Assembly: GCA_036499345.1 (NCBI GenBank) | Contig: DASYDX010000248.1 | Span: 8,600 to 72,599, forward strand | Source of the DNA: Rhizomicrobium sp. | GTDB lineage: Bacteria > Pseudomonadota > Alphaproteobacteria > Micropepsales > Micropepsaceae | Direction: 5' to 3' | DNA: 64,000 nt | Part shown: piece after piece, positions 1 to 10,277 of the stretch | Layout: each line of letters begins with the position of its first letter | Numbering within the stretch: the first letter of the stretch is position 1 | Program-made: the position numbers and the translations under genes | Notes under the pieces: model-generated | What the model was told of the DNA's origin: nothing | What the model saw: only the letters and a program-made list of their open reading frames with translations | Database searches by the model: none

Positions 1-2
1 AA

Positions 3-641
3 GAATGGGTCGCCGCCGACGGCACCGCGCGTGTGCAGGCCTTCCCGAAAGACACGCGCAACGATCCGCGCGTCCTGTCGGATTTCAGCGACGCCATACT
101 GAAGGTCGCACCCGACGCCACCGGCGCGCCGATCTCGATCCGTGAGTCGGGCCGCACCATTGTCGGCGCGTTCACCGAGGCCGGTATCCTGTCCTTTATC
201 GCCATTCTGGCGCTTCTGGCGCTGGTCCTGCGCCGCTTGTCCGATGTGGTCGTAACCTTGGCGCCGCTGATACTGGCTGGGCTTTTGACCACCGGAAGCT
301 GCGTGCTTCTGGGCCTGCCGCTCAATTTCGCCAATATCATCGCGCTGCCCCTGCTTCTGGGCATCGGGGTCGCGTTCAACATCTATTTCGTAGTCGCCTG
401 GCGCGCAGGAGCCAGGAATTTCCTGCAATCGAGCCTGACACGCGCCGTCATCTTCAGCGCCGCCACAACCGCATCCGGCTTCGGCACCTTATGGCTCTCA
501 CGCCATCCCGGCACCGCCAGCATGGGCGAGCTTCTGATGATCTCGCTGTTCTGGACCATGGTGACAACGCTTTTCGTGAGCCCGGCGTTATTGGGGCCGC
601 CGCCCGCGCGCGAAGACCGCGCGCATGAAAAGCTAATCTAA
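3..641 (+). CDS. hpnN: Hopanoid transporter HpnN (MMPL/RND family), C-terminal part; 5' end outside window
   Basis: Frame is open from the window edge. MMPL C-terminal TM motifs LNFANIIALPLLLGIGVAFNIY and SHPGTASMG-like; adjacent to hpnM. Confidence 0.85.
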   Translation, partial: EWVAADGTARVQAFPKDTRNDPRVLSDFSDAILKVAPDATGAPISIRESGRTIVGAFTEAGILSFIAILALLALVLRRLSDVVVTLAPLILAGLLTTGSCVLLGLPLNFANIIALPLLLGIGVAFNIYFVVAWRAGARNFLQSSLTRAVIFSAATTASGFGTLWLSRHPGTASMGELLMISLFWTMVTTLFVSPALLGPPPAREDRAHEKLI

Positions 642-668
642 CGATTGTTGAAACATGCCGAGGCCCGC

Positions 669-704
669 CTCCCCCGCGCGCGCGATAGCGCGCTGGCGGG
701 GGAG
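669..704. terminator. GC-rich hairpin between convergent hpnN and hpnM, possible terminator
   Basis: CTCCCCCGC-GCGCGC-gata-GCGCGC-tg-GCGGGGGAG stem-loop; no clear U-tract. Confidence 0.4.
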
Positions 705-775
705 ATGCCGTAGCAGCGCTTATTGCACGCCGGCGTAAGCCGACGTGCAAAAGCAAGCTGCGCAGGCAGAGGGGG

Positions 776-1384
776 TTAGTTAAGAGTCTGATCCGCCAGC
801 GCATCGATCTTCTTCGCCAGGCCTTGCGGCCCACCCGTTTTCAGGGTCGCGCCGAAATCGGAACGTTTCTGCGCGAGCTGGCTGATATTGCCGTTCAGAT
901 AGACGTCCACGATCTTCCAGCCGCCATTCGCCGCTTCGTGGACCCGGTAATTGAAGGGAATCGCGTCGCCACTGGCAGGCTTGAGCGAGCTCTTGACCAG
1001 CTTTTCCGGTCCACGCGCGATCACCGCCGGATCGACGATGAATTTCTCGCCGCTATAGCTGTCGAAATTGCCGGCATAATTGGCGATGGTCATACGCTCG
1101 AACGCGTCGGTCAGCGCTTTCTGATCGGCGGAAGAAATGGAGGACCAGCTCGGTCCCACCGACAGCGCCGTCATGCCGGGAATATCGAAGGCCTGTTCCA
1201 CCGCGGGCTTCAGCTTTTCATAACGGCTCTTGGCCGTGCCGCCCGCCTTCATGCTGGCGACCAGCGAATCGTAAAAGCCTTGCACCGTGGCTGCGGCGGG
1301 ATCGCTGCCCTGCGCCCGGGCGGGAACGGCAGCGGCAAGAACCAGAACGGCCAATGAGAAGGCCTGCGCGAAACGATTGATCAT
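776..1384 (-). CDS. hpnM: HpnM, MlaC/Ttg2D-family periplasmic hopanoid-associated lipid-binding protein
   Basis: Signal peptide; WKIVDVYLNGNISQLAQKRSDF motif; hopanoid context. Confidence 0.85.
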   Translation of the reverse strand: MINRFAQAFSLAVLVLAAAVPARAQGSDPAAATVQGFYDSLVASMKAGGTAKSRYEKLKPAVEQAFDIPGMTALSVGPSWSSISSADQKALTDAFERMTIANYAGNFDSYSGEKFIVDPAVIARGPEKLVKSSLKPASGDAIPFNYRVHEAANGGWKIVDVYLNGNISQLAQKRSDFGATLKTGGPQGLAKKIDALADQTLN

Positions 1385-1507
1385 CCAAATGCCTCGTCAA
1401 ATAGGACGCGTCCAAATCGGGGAACGCATGAGACCGCCAATATGCTGCGGCATGCGGGCAAAAATTCGGTGAAAAAAGGACAGAATATCTCCGCCCGGAA
1501 CCCTGTT

Positions 1508-2425
1508 TCAGGACTCCCGGTCGAGCAGGAACAACGGCAGACCGGACAATTCGGGCGACTTGTCCGCATAAGGCCCCAGCGCCGCGATGGCGGCGCGGGC
1601 ACGCTTTTCGGCTTCGGCACGCGCCCCTTCAACGCCCAGCAAAGTCACAAGCGTGGCCTTGCCCATATCGGCATCCTTGCCCACGGCCTTGCCGGTCTTC
1701 TCGGCGGTCGAGGTCACGTCCAGAAGATCGTCGGTGATCTGGAACACCACGCCCATCTCGCGCGCATAGGCGCGGAGCCGCGCACGGTCTTCCGCGCTGG
1801 CCCGACCCAGGATCGGTCCCGCCTCGCAGGAGAATTCGAAGAGCTGGCCGGTCTTCAGCCGCTGCAGATTGACGACATCCTCCAGGCCGAAGCTCTGCTC
1901 CGCCAGCATGTCGATCACCTGGCCGCCGATCATGCCGTCATGACCGGAAGCCTCGGCCAGCCTGGCCACCAGCGCGATGCGCACATCGGCATCGGGATGG
2001 GTTTTGGCATCGGCCAGAATCTCGAACGCGACGGTGAGCAATGCGTCACCCGCCAGGACCGCCGTCATCTCGTCGAAAGCGATATGGGTGGTGGGGCGGC
2101 CCCGCCGTAGATCGTCATCGTCCATGCAAGGCAGATCGTCATGGACCAGCGAATAGGTGTGGAGCACTTCGATGGCCGACCCGACCCGCAGGCTCAAAGC
2201 GTCATCGACCCCGAACAGTCGTGCCGAGTGCAGCACCAGGAAGGGTCTGAGGCGCTTGCCCCCGGCAAAGGTGGCATAACGCATCGCCTCCTGGACCCGG
2301 CCCTGGGGGCCGTGGGGGCGGGGCAACACCGTCTCCAGCACCGAATCGACGGCCGCCGCGCTGGCGGCGATGGCCCGCGGCAAGGCGGTCTTGTCCAAGT
2401 CCTTGGTCGTATCCAAATGTCCCAT
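1508..2425 (-). CDS. ispA: Farnesyl diphosphate synthase / polyprenyl synthetase
   Basis: GGKRLRP, HDDLPCMDDDDLRRG and FQITDDLLD motifs; start taken at MGHLDTT. Confidence 0.92.
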   Translation of the reverse strand: MGHLDTTKDLDKTALPRAIAASAAAVDSVLETVLPRPHGPQGRVQEAMRYATFAGGKRLRPFLVLHSARLFGVDDALSLRVGSAIEVLHTYSLVHDDLPCMDDDDLRRGRPTTHIAFDEMTAVLAGDALLTVAFEILADAKTHPDADVRIALVARLAEASGHDGMIGGQVIDMLAEQSFGLEDVVNLQRLKTGQLFEFSCEAGPILGRASAEDRARLRAYAREMGVVFQITDDLLDVTSTAEKTGKAVGKDADMGKATLVTLLGVEGARAEAEKRARAAIAALGPYADKSPELSGLPLFLLDRES

Positions 2426-2654
2426 GCACTGCCCTATGGCTGGCTTGGCCCCCCAAATCCAGCCTCGGGGTGCGCGATGCGACAATCTGGTCTGGCAACC
2501 CCCGGGAAGGCAACGAAAAATGACGGTTCAGACCCCTGGTCCATAGGGGTTGATTTCAGGGCGGCCTATGCGGGACAATGCCATGCTGCGTTGCGACGAA
2601 GCCGCCGCCCCTTCAGGTCCCTGGAGGAGCCGTCAGCGGCATCAAGGAAGAAAT

Positions 2655-3578
2655 ATGCGAGTCATTCTTGCCCAACCACGCGGCTTCTGCGCCGGAGTGG
2701 TCCGCGCCATCGATATCGTGGAAAAGGCGCTCGATAAGTTCGGCGAGCCCGTCTATGTGCGCCACGAGATCGTGCACAACAAGCATGTGGTCGATGCGCT
2801 GAAAAGCAAAGGCGCGCGCTTTGTCGAAGAATTGGACGAAGTGCCCGAAGGCGCCGTCACGGTGTTCAGCGCCCATGGCGTGCCCCAATCGGTGGTGAAG
2901 ACCGCGGCCTCGCGCGGCCTGCCGGTGCTGGACGCCACCTGCCCGCTGGTGTCGAAGGTCCACAATCAGGGCAAGCGCTATGTCGCCCATGGCCGGACGT
3001 TGATTTTGATCGGTCATGCCGGACATCCCGAAGTCGAAGGCACGATGGGTCAGGTCGGCGCCCCGGTGCATCTGGTGCAGTCGGAAGGCGATGTCGATGG
3101 CTTACCGATCCCCGTCGATCAGCCGGTCGCCTATATCACCCAGACCACGCTTTCCATCGACGACACCAAAGGCATCATCGTGGCGCTGAAGAAGCGCTTC
3201 AGCGATATCGTCGGCCCGGAAACCAGCGACATCTGCTACGCCACCCAGAACCGCCAGACCTCGGTGCGCGAACTGGCCAAGGTGGCCGATGTGATCCTGG
3301 TGGTCGGCGCCAAGAACAGTTCCAACTCCAACCGTCTGCGCGAAATCGGTATCGAGGAAGGCATTCCGTCCTATCTCATCGCCGATGGCAGCGAGCTGAT
3401 GGCGGAATGGGTGCGCGGCAAGGGCGTGGTGGGACTGACCGCAGGCGCGTCGGCGCCCGAAGAATTGGTGCGTCATGTGATCGACGCCCTATCGAAAATC
3501 GAGACTGTCGAAGTCGAACAGATGGACGGCAAGAAGGAACATATCGAGTTCCGTCTCCCGGCCGAATTGAGGGCATGA
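2655..3578 (+). CDS. ispH: 4-hydroxy-3-methylbut-2-enyl diphosphate reductase
   Basis: [24 protein letters not shown] and SSNSNRL motifs; RBS AAGGAAG before ATG 2655. Confidence 0.96.
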   Translation: MRVILAQPRGFCAGVVRAIDIVEKALDKFGEPVYVRHEIVHNKHVVDALKSKGARFVEELDEVPEGAVTVFSAHGVPQSVVKTAASRGLPVLDATCPLVSKVHNQGKRYVAHGRTLILIGHAGHPEVEGTMGQVGAPVHLVQSEGDVDGLPIPVDQPVAYITQTTLSIDDTKGIIVALKKRFSDIVGPETSDICYATQNRQTSVRELAKVADVILVVGAKNSSNSNRLREIGIEEGIPSYLIADGSELMAEWVRGKGVVGLTAGASAPEELVRHVIDALSKIETVEVEQMDGKKEHIEFRLPAELRA

Positions 3579-3579
3579 C

Positions 3580-4725
3580 ATGGGTCTTCCGCTGAGACAG
3601 GCCGCCAAGATCGGCGCCTATGTAATGAAGAAGCATCTTTCCGGCGGTAAATATCCGCTGGTGCTGATGCTGGAGCCGTTGTTCCGCTGCAATCTGGCGT
3701 GCGCCGGTTGCGGCAAGATCGATTATCCGGACGAAATCCTGAACCAGCGTCTGTCCTATCAGCAATGCATGGACGCGATCGATGAATGCGGCGCGCCCGC
3801 CGTCTCCATCGCGGGCGGTGAGCCCCTGCTCCACCGCGACATGGCCAAGATCGTCCAAGGCTATCTGGAACGCGACAAGTTCGTGATCCTGTGCACCAAC
3901 GCGCTGCTGCTGACCAAGAAGATCGACCAGTACAAGCCCGATCCGAACTTCACCTGGTCCATCCATCTGGATGGCGACAAGGCGATGCACGACAAGTCAG
4001 TCTGCCTGGACGGCACCTATGAGAAGGCCGTCGCCGCCATCAAGCTGGCCAAGAGCAAGGGCTTCCGCGTCCAGATCAATTGCACCCTGTTCGACGGCAC
4101 CGATCCCGAGCGCACCGCCACATTCTTCGACGAGATGATGGCGATCGGCCTGGACGGCATCACCGTCTCGCCGGGCTATGCCTATGAGCGTGCGCCCGAT
4201 CAGCAGCACTTCCTGAACCGCGAGCGTACCAAGACGATGTTCCGCGAGATTCTGGCGCGCGGCAATGGTGGCAAGAATTGGGACTTCACCAATTCCTCGC
4301 TGTTCATGGACTTCCTGGCCGGCAATCAGACCTATGAATGCACGCCCTGGTCGATGCCGCTTCTCACCGTCTTTGGCTGGCAGAAGCCCTGCTATCTGCT
4401 CGGCGAAGGCTATGTGAAAACCTTCAAGGAGCTGATGGAAGGCACCGAGTGGGAAAAATACGGCGTCGGCAAGTATGAGAAATGCGCCAACTGCATGGTG
4501 CATTGCGGCTTCGAAGGCACGGCGGCGACCGATGCCATCAAGCATCCGCTCAAAATGCTGCCGATCCTGATGCGCGGCGTGAAGACCGAAGGTCCGATGG
4601 CGCCCGATATCGACCTGTCACATCAACGGCCGGCGGAATTCGTCTTTTCTCGCCATGTCGAGACCAAGATGTCACAGATCCGGACGGGCAAGTCCGACAC
4701 CACAGAGGCCGCGGCAGCGGAGTAA
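3580..4725 (+). CDS. hpnH: Adenosyl-hopene transferase HpnH (radical SAM)
   Basis: LMLEPLFRCNLACAGCGKIDYP (CxxxCxxC); C-terminal KCANCMVHCGFE. Confidence 0.95.
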   Translation: MGLPLRQAAKIGAYVMKKHLSGGKYPLVLMLEPLFRCNLACAGCGKIDYPDEILNQRLSYQQCMDAIDECGAPAVSIAGGEPLLHRDMAKIVQGYLERDKFVILCTNALLLTKKIDQYKPDPNFTWSIHLDGDKAMHDKSVCLDGTYEKAVAAIKLAKSKGFRVQINCTLFDGTDPERTATFFDEMMAIGLDGITVSPGYAYERAPDQQHFLNRERTKTMFREILARGNGGKNWDFTNSSLFMDFLAGNQTYECTPWSMPLLTVFGWQKPCYLLGEGYVKTFKELMEGTEWEKYGVGKYEKCANCMVHCGFEGTAATDAIKHPLKMLPILMRGVKTEGPMAPDIDLSHQRPAEFVFSRHVETKMSQIRTGKSDTTEAAAAE

Positions 4726-5334
4726 TTCGCAAAAGGCCCTGCCCGATGTCCGCGCGGTGCGGATCAGGGCGGGGACCTGCAACGGATGACGCAGCAGCGA
4801 GCCCAGCACACGCCCCAGAGCGATGCCGCCATCCGGCTTCATCGCCACCAGAGCGGCTTCCGGCAGCACATGCCGGGCATCGTCCGAGATCACTCTGAGC
4901 ACCGCGAAGGGCAATTTGCGCGCTGCCGCGAAACGCGCCGCCACCGCACTTTCCATATCGACGACGAACGCGCCCGTCCTGGCGAAAAGCGCGGCTTTGG
5001 AGTCCGCATTCTCCAGAATGACATCACTGGCAGCGACCGGCCCCTGATGCGCGCCGTTCAGCCGGGCGGCCAACGATACGCGCCAATGGTCATCGCAGCG
5101 CCACTCCTCGCCGCCCGCGATCACGCGGTCACCGATCACCACATCGCCCACCTTGAGCAAGGGCGAGAGGCCGCCGCCCAGGCCGATGGAAATCACACCT
5201 TTGATGTCGCCATGCAGGGCATCAAGCTTTTGCGAAAGCGACCCGGCATCGCCGCCGCCCGCCATCGCTACCACGCCATCGCCGCCCGCGATCTCTGCTT
5301 CACGCTTCAATCCGGTGACGGCGAGAACGGTCAT
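4672..5334 (-). CDS. hpnG: Hopanoid-associated phosphorylase HpnG
   Basis: VTGLKREA, VDMES and RVISDD nucleoside-phosphorylase motifs; directly downstream of shc. Confidence 0.9.
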   Translation of the reverse strand: MTVLAVTGLKREAEIAGGDGVVAMAGGGDAGSLSQKLDALHGDIKGVISIGLGGGLSPLLKVGDVVIGDRVIAGGEEWRCDDHWRVSLAARLNGAHQGPVAASDVILENADSKAALFARTGAFVVDMESAVAARFAAARKLPFAVLRVISDDARHVLPEAALVAMKPDGGIALGRVLGSLLRHPLQVPALIRTARTSGRAFCELLRCRGLCGVGLARPDL

Positions 5335-5341
5335 CTACCCC

Positions 5342-7279
5342 TCACAAGCCTACCTCGACGCGGCGCGAATTGCCGGCCTTGAGGTTGCGATAGCGCGCCA
5401 GCGCCCAGAGCGGGAAGAATTTCGGATAGCCGTGATAATTGAGATAGAAGACGCGCGGAAAGCCGCCGCCGGTATAATGCGCCTGGCTCCACAAGCCATC
5501 CGGCTCCTGCGTGCGCTTGAGATAGGAAATGCCGCGCGCGACCGCCGGATGATCCACTTGGCCTGCCGCCATCAGCCCCAGCAGTGCCCAGGCGGTCTGT
5601 GACGCGGTTGAGGGCGCAGGCTCATAGCCTTTGTAATCCAGCTTGTAGCTGTCGCAATTCTCGCCCCAGCCGCCGTCCGAGTTTTGAATGGCGGCCAACC
5701 AATCCGTGGCTCGGCGCAGCGTGTCGTCATCGGGCGCAAGTCCCGCCGCATTCAGGCCCGCCAGCGCCGACCAGGTGCCATAGATGTAATTGACGCCCCA
5801 ACGGCCGAACCAGGAACCATCCGCCAGTTGGGTCTTGCGCAAATAGGCGACGCCAGCATCCAGCCGTATCTTGTCGCCGCCCAGCTGCGCGATCATGCCC
5901 ACACAACGCCCGGAAACATCCTCGGTGGGCGGGTCCAGCAACGCGCCATGATCGGCGAAGGGAATATTGTTGAGATAATAATAGGAATTGTCGGCGTCGA
6001 AGGCGCCCCAGCCGCCATTGCGGCTTTGCAGGCCATCGACCCATTCGGCGCCGCGCGCGATGGCATGTTCATAACCGGCCGCCACACCCGCCTTGGCGGC
6101 GCGGTCCATCGCCATAACCACCACCGCGGTATCGTCAAGATCGGGATAGTGATCGTTGCGATATTGGAACGCCCAACCGCCCGGCTTCACATCCGGCTTT
6201 TCCTCGGCCCAATCGCCTTTCAGATCCAGCACCTGCAGCGGCTTCAGCCATTCCAGCCCGCGCGCGGCGGCGGCAAGCGCTTTCTCGTCTTTTGTTTCCA
6301 GCAGTGCATGCGCCACCAGGGCCGTGTCCCACACGGGAGAGACGCAAGGCTGGCAATAGGCTTCGCCTTCCTTCACCACCAACAGCTTCTCGACCGAAAG
6401 GCGGGCAATGGCGCGGTCGGGATGGTTGGCGGGATATCCCAGCACGTCGAACATCATCACGCTGTTGGCCATGGCGGGATAGATCGCGCCCAACCCGTCT
6501 TCGCCGTTCAACCGTTCGGTCGTCCAAGTCCGGCATTTCTCCACAGCCCGGGCCCGCAGGCTTTGGGGCCAGAAGGGCTCGAACCGCTTCAAGCCCCAAT
6601 CCAGGGCCGTGAAGAACGCCGACCAGCCCGCGCTCTGATGCGGGGCGCGCGGGCTTACCGCCGGTACGCCCGGCAGGAACAATTCGGCGATATGCACCCC
6701 GCGCGGATTGCGCGCCAAAGGACGTTTGGCCGTCAGCACCAGCAACGGCACGATCACCGTGCGCGCCCAATAGCTCATCTTCGACAGATGAATGGGGAAC
6801 CAGCGCGGCAGAAGGATCAGTTCCACCGGCACCGTGGGCACATTGGCCCAACTGGTCTGGCCATACAGCGCCAGAAGAATGCGGGTGAAGACATTTGCCC
6901 GGATCGCGCCGCCCCGCGCATGGATCGCTTCGCGTGCCCGCACCATATGCGGCGCATCGATATCGTCGCCGATCATTTTGAGTGCGAAATACGCCTTCAC
7001 CGTCGCGGAAATATCGAAGGCGCCTTCGTGATAGAGCGGCCAGCCGCCATGCGCGCCCTGAATGCGGCGCAAATAGACACCGATCTTGCGTTCCAGTTCC
7101 AGATTGGGCGTCTCGGCCAGATAATGGACCAGAAGCACATACTCCGCCGGAATGGTGGCGTCGGCTTCCAGTTCATAGACCCAATGCCCGTCCGGCCGCT
7201 GTTCGCCCAGGACGGCGTCGGTGGCGGCGCGAATGGCGCCTTCCACTTCCGCGAAATCATGGGGCGAAAGCTGGTTCAT
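5342..7279 (-). CDS. shc: Squalene-hopene cyclase
   Basis: ELEADATIPAEY, catalytic DLDDTA, QW repeats (QxxDGxW). Confidence 0.97.
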   Translation of the reverse strand: MNQLSPHDFAEVEGAIRAATDAVLGEQRPDGHWVYELEADATIPAEYVLLVHYLAETPNLELERKIGVYLRRIQGAHGGWPLYHEGAFDISATVKAYFALKMIGDDIDAPHMVRAREAIHARGGAIRANVFTRILLALYGQTSWANVPTVPVELILLPRWFPIHLSKMSYWARTVIVPLLVLTAKRPLARNPRGVHIAELFLPGVPAVSPRAPHQSAGWSAFFTALDWGLKRFEPFWPQSLRARAVEKCRTWTTERLNGEDGLGAIYPAMANSVMMFDVLGYPANHPDRAIARLSVEKLLVVKEGEAYCQPCVSPVWDTALVAHALLETKDEKALAAAARGLEWLKPLQVLDLKGDWAEEKPDVKPGGWAFQYRNDHYPDLDDTAVVVMAMDRAAKAGVAAGYEHAIARGAEWVDGLQSRNGGWGAFDADNSYYYLNNIPFADHGALLDPPTEDVSGRCVGMIAQLGGDKIRLDAGVAYLRKTQLADGSWFGRWGVNYIYGTWSALAGLNAAGLAPDDDTLRRATDWLAAIQNSDGGWGENCDSYKLDYKGYEPAPSTASQTAWALLGLMAAGQVDHPAVARGISYLKRTQEPDGLWSQAHYTGGGFPRVFYLNYHGYPKFFPLWALARYRNLKAGNSRRVEVGL

Positions 7280-7286
7280 CGGCCGA

Positions 7287-8573
7287 CTATAGGGCGAGGC
7301 TGCGCAGCGCCAAAGCGGCCGCCGTTTCGCCGGAGCGGACCGCGCCTTCCAGCGTGGCGGGAAGGCCCGTATCGGTCCAATCGCCTGCCAGCGCCAGATT
7401 GCGCCATTCCGTTTTGGCGGGCGGCCGTTTCATGTCTTCGCCGGGCGTCGCGGCAAAGGTGGCCCGCTTCTCTTTGACGATCTGCCAGGGCGGCAAGTCT
7501 GCCGTAATCCGCAAGGCGGCACAGACATCGCTCCAGAGCGTGCGCGCCAACTCTTCCCGGTCGCGGTCCACAATGGCGTCAGCGCCGGACACGGTGACCG
7601 AGATGCGGTCATGAAAAGCAAAAACCCATTCCGCCGTGCCGCCGACCACCCCGAGGATAGGCGGCGCCCCCTTGGGTGGCGGGAAATTGAAATGCCCGTT
7701 GACGATGGCGCAGAATTCGGTGGGAACCGTGAGATCTGGCAGCAGGTCTTTCGCCACCCAGGGCGGCACAGCCAGCACCACCATGTCATTTCCGTTGAGC
7801 GGCACCGTGGCATCGGAAAATTCCAGCGCCAGAACCTTGTTGCGGTCCATCACCAGATTGCGCAGCCGCTTGCCCAATTCGACTTTCGCGCCTTTGCCTT
7901 CAAGATAGGCCAGTGCGGGATCGATGAAAGCGGCCGCCAGCGTGGGCGTGGCGATCCGCGGACGGCAAGCCCGGCCGCCGCGCGCAAAGGTTTCCCGCAT
8001 CACCTGCCCCGCCAGCTGTGCCGAACCGGATTCCGGCTCGGTGTTCAAAGCGGCCAGCAGAAAGGGCCGCATCAACCGGTCCCACAAAGCGCCTTTGACC
8101 GGAACGGTCTGCGCCACGGTGGCGCGGCGGTTCGCGAACATGAGCGGCGCATAGGCCAGATAATCACCGGGCCCGGTGCCGGGCACGCGCCGCGCCCGCG
8201 ACGTGATCCACCAGGGCAGCGGCCCGCCATTCAGACGCAACACCCAACGCAGATCGGATTTGAGATCGGCAAAAGGAAAGATGGCGCGGCGCGGCCCCAC
8301 CAGCGAGCCGCGCGCGCCGATGCGATCCAGATAGCGCCCGACGGCGGCATTGCCGGAAAGAACCAGATGATTGCCATTGTCGATCACTTGATCGAGCGTC
8401 GGATCGTAATAGGACCGGCAGCGACCACCGGCCTGGCCCGCGGCTTCAAACAGCGTCACCGCGACCCCGCGTGCGGCCAATGCGGTGGCTGCCGCCAACC
8501 CGGAAATCCCGGCGCCGATCACAAAGGCGCGCCGGGGACCATGCGGTTTTACGATCTCGCTTCCAGCCGCCAT
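7287..8573 (-). CDS. hpnE: Hydroxysqualene dehydroxylase HpnE
   Basis: GAGISGLAAA FAD motif, GGRCRSY, IDNGNH, GLPATLEGAVRSG; start taken at MAAGSEIV. Confidence 0.92.
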   Translation of the reverse strand: MAAGSEIVKPHGPRRAFVIGAGISGLAAATALAARGVAVTLFEAAGQAGGRCRSYYDPTLDQVIDNGNHLVLSGNAAVGRYLDRIGARGSLVGPRRAIFPFADLKSDLRWVLRLNGGPLPWWITSRARRVPGTGPGDYLAYAPLMFANRRATVAQTVPVKGALWDRLMRPFLLAALNTEPESGSAQLAGQVMRETFARGGRACRPRIATPTLAAAFIDPALAYLEGKGAKVELGKRLRNLVMDRNKVLALEFSDATVPLNGNDMVVLAVPPWVAKDLLPDLTVPTEFCAIVNGHFNFPPPKGAPPILGVVGGTAEWVFAFHDRISVTVSGADAIVDRDREELARTLWSDVCAALRITADLPPWQIVKEKRATFAATPGEDMKRPPAKTEWRNLALAGDWTDTGLPATLEGAVRSGETAAALALRSLAL

Positions 8574-8577
8574 CGCG

Positions 8578-9429
8578 CTAGCCGAAGCCCATGCGCAACA
8601 ACAAGGACAAAAGCTTGCCGCGCGACAGCGAAACACGGCGGCGGGGCGGCGCAAACCCAGCCGCTTCGGTTGCGGTCAGGATTTCTCCATATACGGCGCC
8701 CATCAGACGCGGTGTCACGATCCGTCCCTTGGGCTTTTTGGCCAGTATCGCGGCCGCCCTGTCATAATAAGTGTGCGCCAGCTCGGCGACCTTGCGGCAG
8801 ACCTCATCCACGCGGGGATCCGACACCACCATCTTAGGATCGAGTGATTTGAACCCCGCGGCGAAAAGATATTCGCGCGGCAGATACAAACGGCCAATGC
8901 CCGCATCCTCATCGATATCGCGCAGGATATTGGTCAGCTGCAGCGCGCGGCCCAGATGATGCGCCAGCTCGAAGCCAGCCCCCTCCTCCATGCCGAAGAC
9001 CTTGATCGACAAACGCCCCACCGCGCTCGCCACCCGTTCGCAATAAAGATCGAGCGTGGGCAGATCGGGCGCGACAATGTCTTCCGCCACATCCATCTCC
9101 ATCCCATCCAGGATGGTGAAGAAGTCTTCTTTGCGCAGACCGAATTGCGTTACCGCGGCGGTCAGAAACGCAACCCGCGGCGGCACCTGGCCGCTATAAA
9201 GCGCTTCCAGATCGTAGCGCCAGGATTCCAGCTTCTCATGCCGTTCGGGCCGCGTGCCTAACCCGTCATCGGCAATGTCATCGACCTTGCGGCAGAAGGC
9301 ATAGATCGCGAACATGGCATCGCGCTCGCGCTTGGGCATCAGCCGCATGGCGAGATAAAAAGAACTGCCGGACGCTTTTTTGCGGGCGGCGGCGACCTGA
9401 GAGGGTGTCAAATTTTCTTGCATGCTCAT
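8578..9429 (-). CDS. hpnD: Presqualene diphosphate synthase HpnD
   Basis: SGSSFYLAM, VDDIADD, LQLTNILRDIDED motifs. Confidence 0.93.
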   Translation of the reverse strand: MSMQENLTPSQVAAARKKASGSSFYLAMRLMPKRERDAMFAIYAFCRKVDDIADDGLGTRPERHEKLESWRYDLEALYSGQVPPRVAFLTAAVTQFGLRKEDFFTILDGMEMDVAEDIVAPDLPTLDLYCERVASAVGRLSIKVFGMEEGAGFELAHHLGRALQLTNILRDIDEDAGIGRLYLPREYLFAAGFKSLDPKMVVSDPRVDEVCRKVAELAHTYYDRAAAILAKKPKGRIVTPRLMGAVYGEILTATEAAGFAPPRRRVSLSRGKLLSLLLRMGFG

Positions 9430-10277
9430 CGGCGGCGCATCATGCGGGAGAGTGCGAAACCCGGCAGCCGCTTGAGAAACAACGCGACCATGTCGGTTTT
9501 GGAATGATGGACATTTTCCGACAAAGGATCACGGCGGATCAAAAGGGCATTCAGGTCTTCGGCCAGGGTTTGAATGAGATCGACTTCCAAGGCAAGCCTG
9601 CTGTCCCGGATCTGCCCGGCAAAGGGGCGGGATTGCGTCAAAAACAGGCCATTGCGCCCGGCAAGACCGGCAATGACCTCGCGTAAAGCCGGGGCCGCCA
9701 TCGGTTGATCCAGGGCGGCGGTATCCAGCCCGTTCTTGGCCAGGGCGTCCTCGGGGATATAGACCCGGTTCAGATCGCGGTAATCCTTGGCGCAATCTTG
9801 CAAGTGATTGATGATCTGCAAAGCCGCGCACAGCGCGTCATTGGCGGGCCATGTGGCGGGGCTCTCGCCATGCACATCCAGCACAAAGCGTCCCACCGGC
9901 ATGGCGGAATAACGGCAATAATCGATCAGCTCGTCCCAGTCGCGATAGCGCAGCTTGGTGACATCGCGGCGGAAGGCTTCCAGAAGATCGAGCGCATGCT
10001 GATCGGTGAGGCCATGCTCGATCTGGACTTTGCGCAAAGCCACCGCTTCCGGCGACGCCTGACTTGTCCCCACCAGACTGGTGCGCATCTCTTCCAGCAG
10101 CCGGAGCTTTTCGCTTTCAGAGGCCGACGCATTGTCGGCGATGTCGTCGGCAAAGCGCGCGAAACGATAAAAGGCCATCACCGGCGGACGATGCCGGGGC
10201 GCAATCAAAAAGGACGCGACGGGAAAATTCTCGTCGTTATGGCCTTTGCCCGATTGAAGCGTTTGGGCTTCGCTCAT
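9426..10277 (-). CDS. hpnC: Hydroxysqualene synthase HpnC
   Basis: ENFPVAS, ADDIAD, ALQIINHLQDC; ATGA overlaps with hpnB and hpnD. Confidence 0.93.
   Translation of the reverse strand: MSEAQTLQSGKGHNDENFPVASFLIAPRHRPPVMAFYRFARFADDIADNASASESEKLRLLEEMRTSLVGTSQASPEAVALRKVQIEHGLTDQHALDLLEAFRRDVTKLRYRDWDELIDYCRYSAMPVGRFVLDVHGESPATWPANDALCAALQIINHLQDCAKDYRDLNRVYIPEDALAKNGLDTAALDQPMAAPALREVIAGLAGRNGLFLTQSRPFAGQIRDSRLALEVDLIQTLAEDLNALLIRRDPLSENVHHSKTDMVALFLKRLPGFALSRMMRRR

Noticed and set aside
4672-4725. Convergent 3' overlaps (hpnH/hpnG; also 23031-23067, 31474-31483, 40185-40210) as antisense regulation
   Set aside because: Short tail overlaps are common in compact GC-rich genomes, and there is no further evidence.
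5684-7477. Long antisense ORFs (597 aa here; also 21334-23367, 16303-17580, 36938-38644)
   Set aside because: Shadow frames of well-recognised genes in high-GC DNA, with no motifs of their own.
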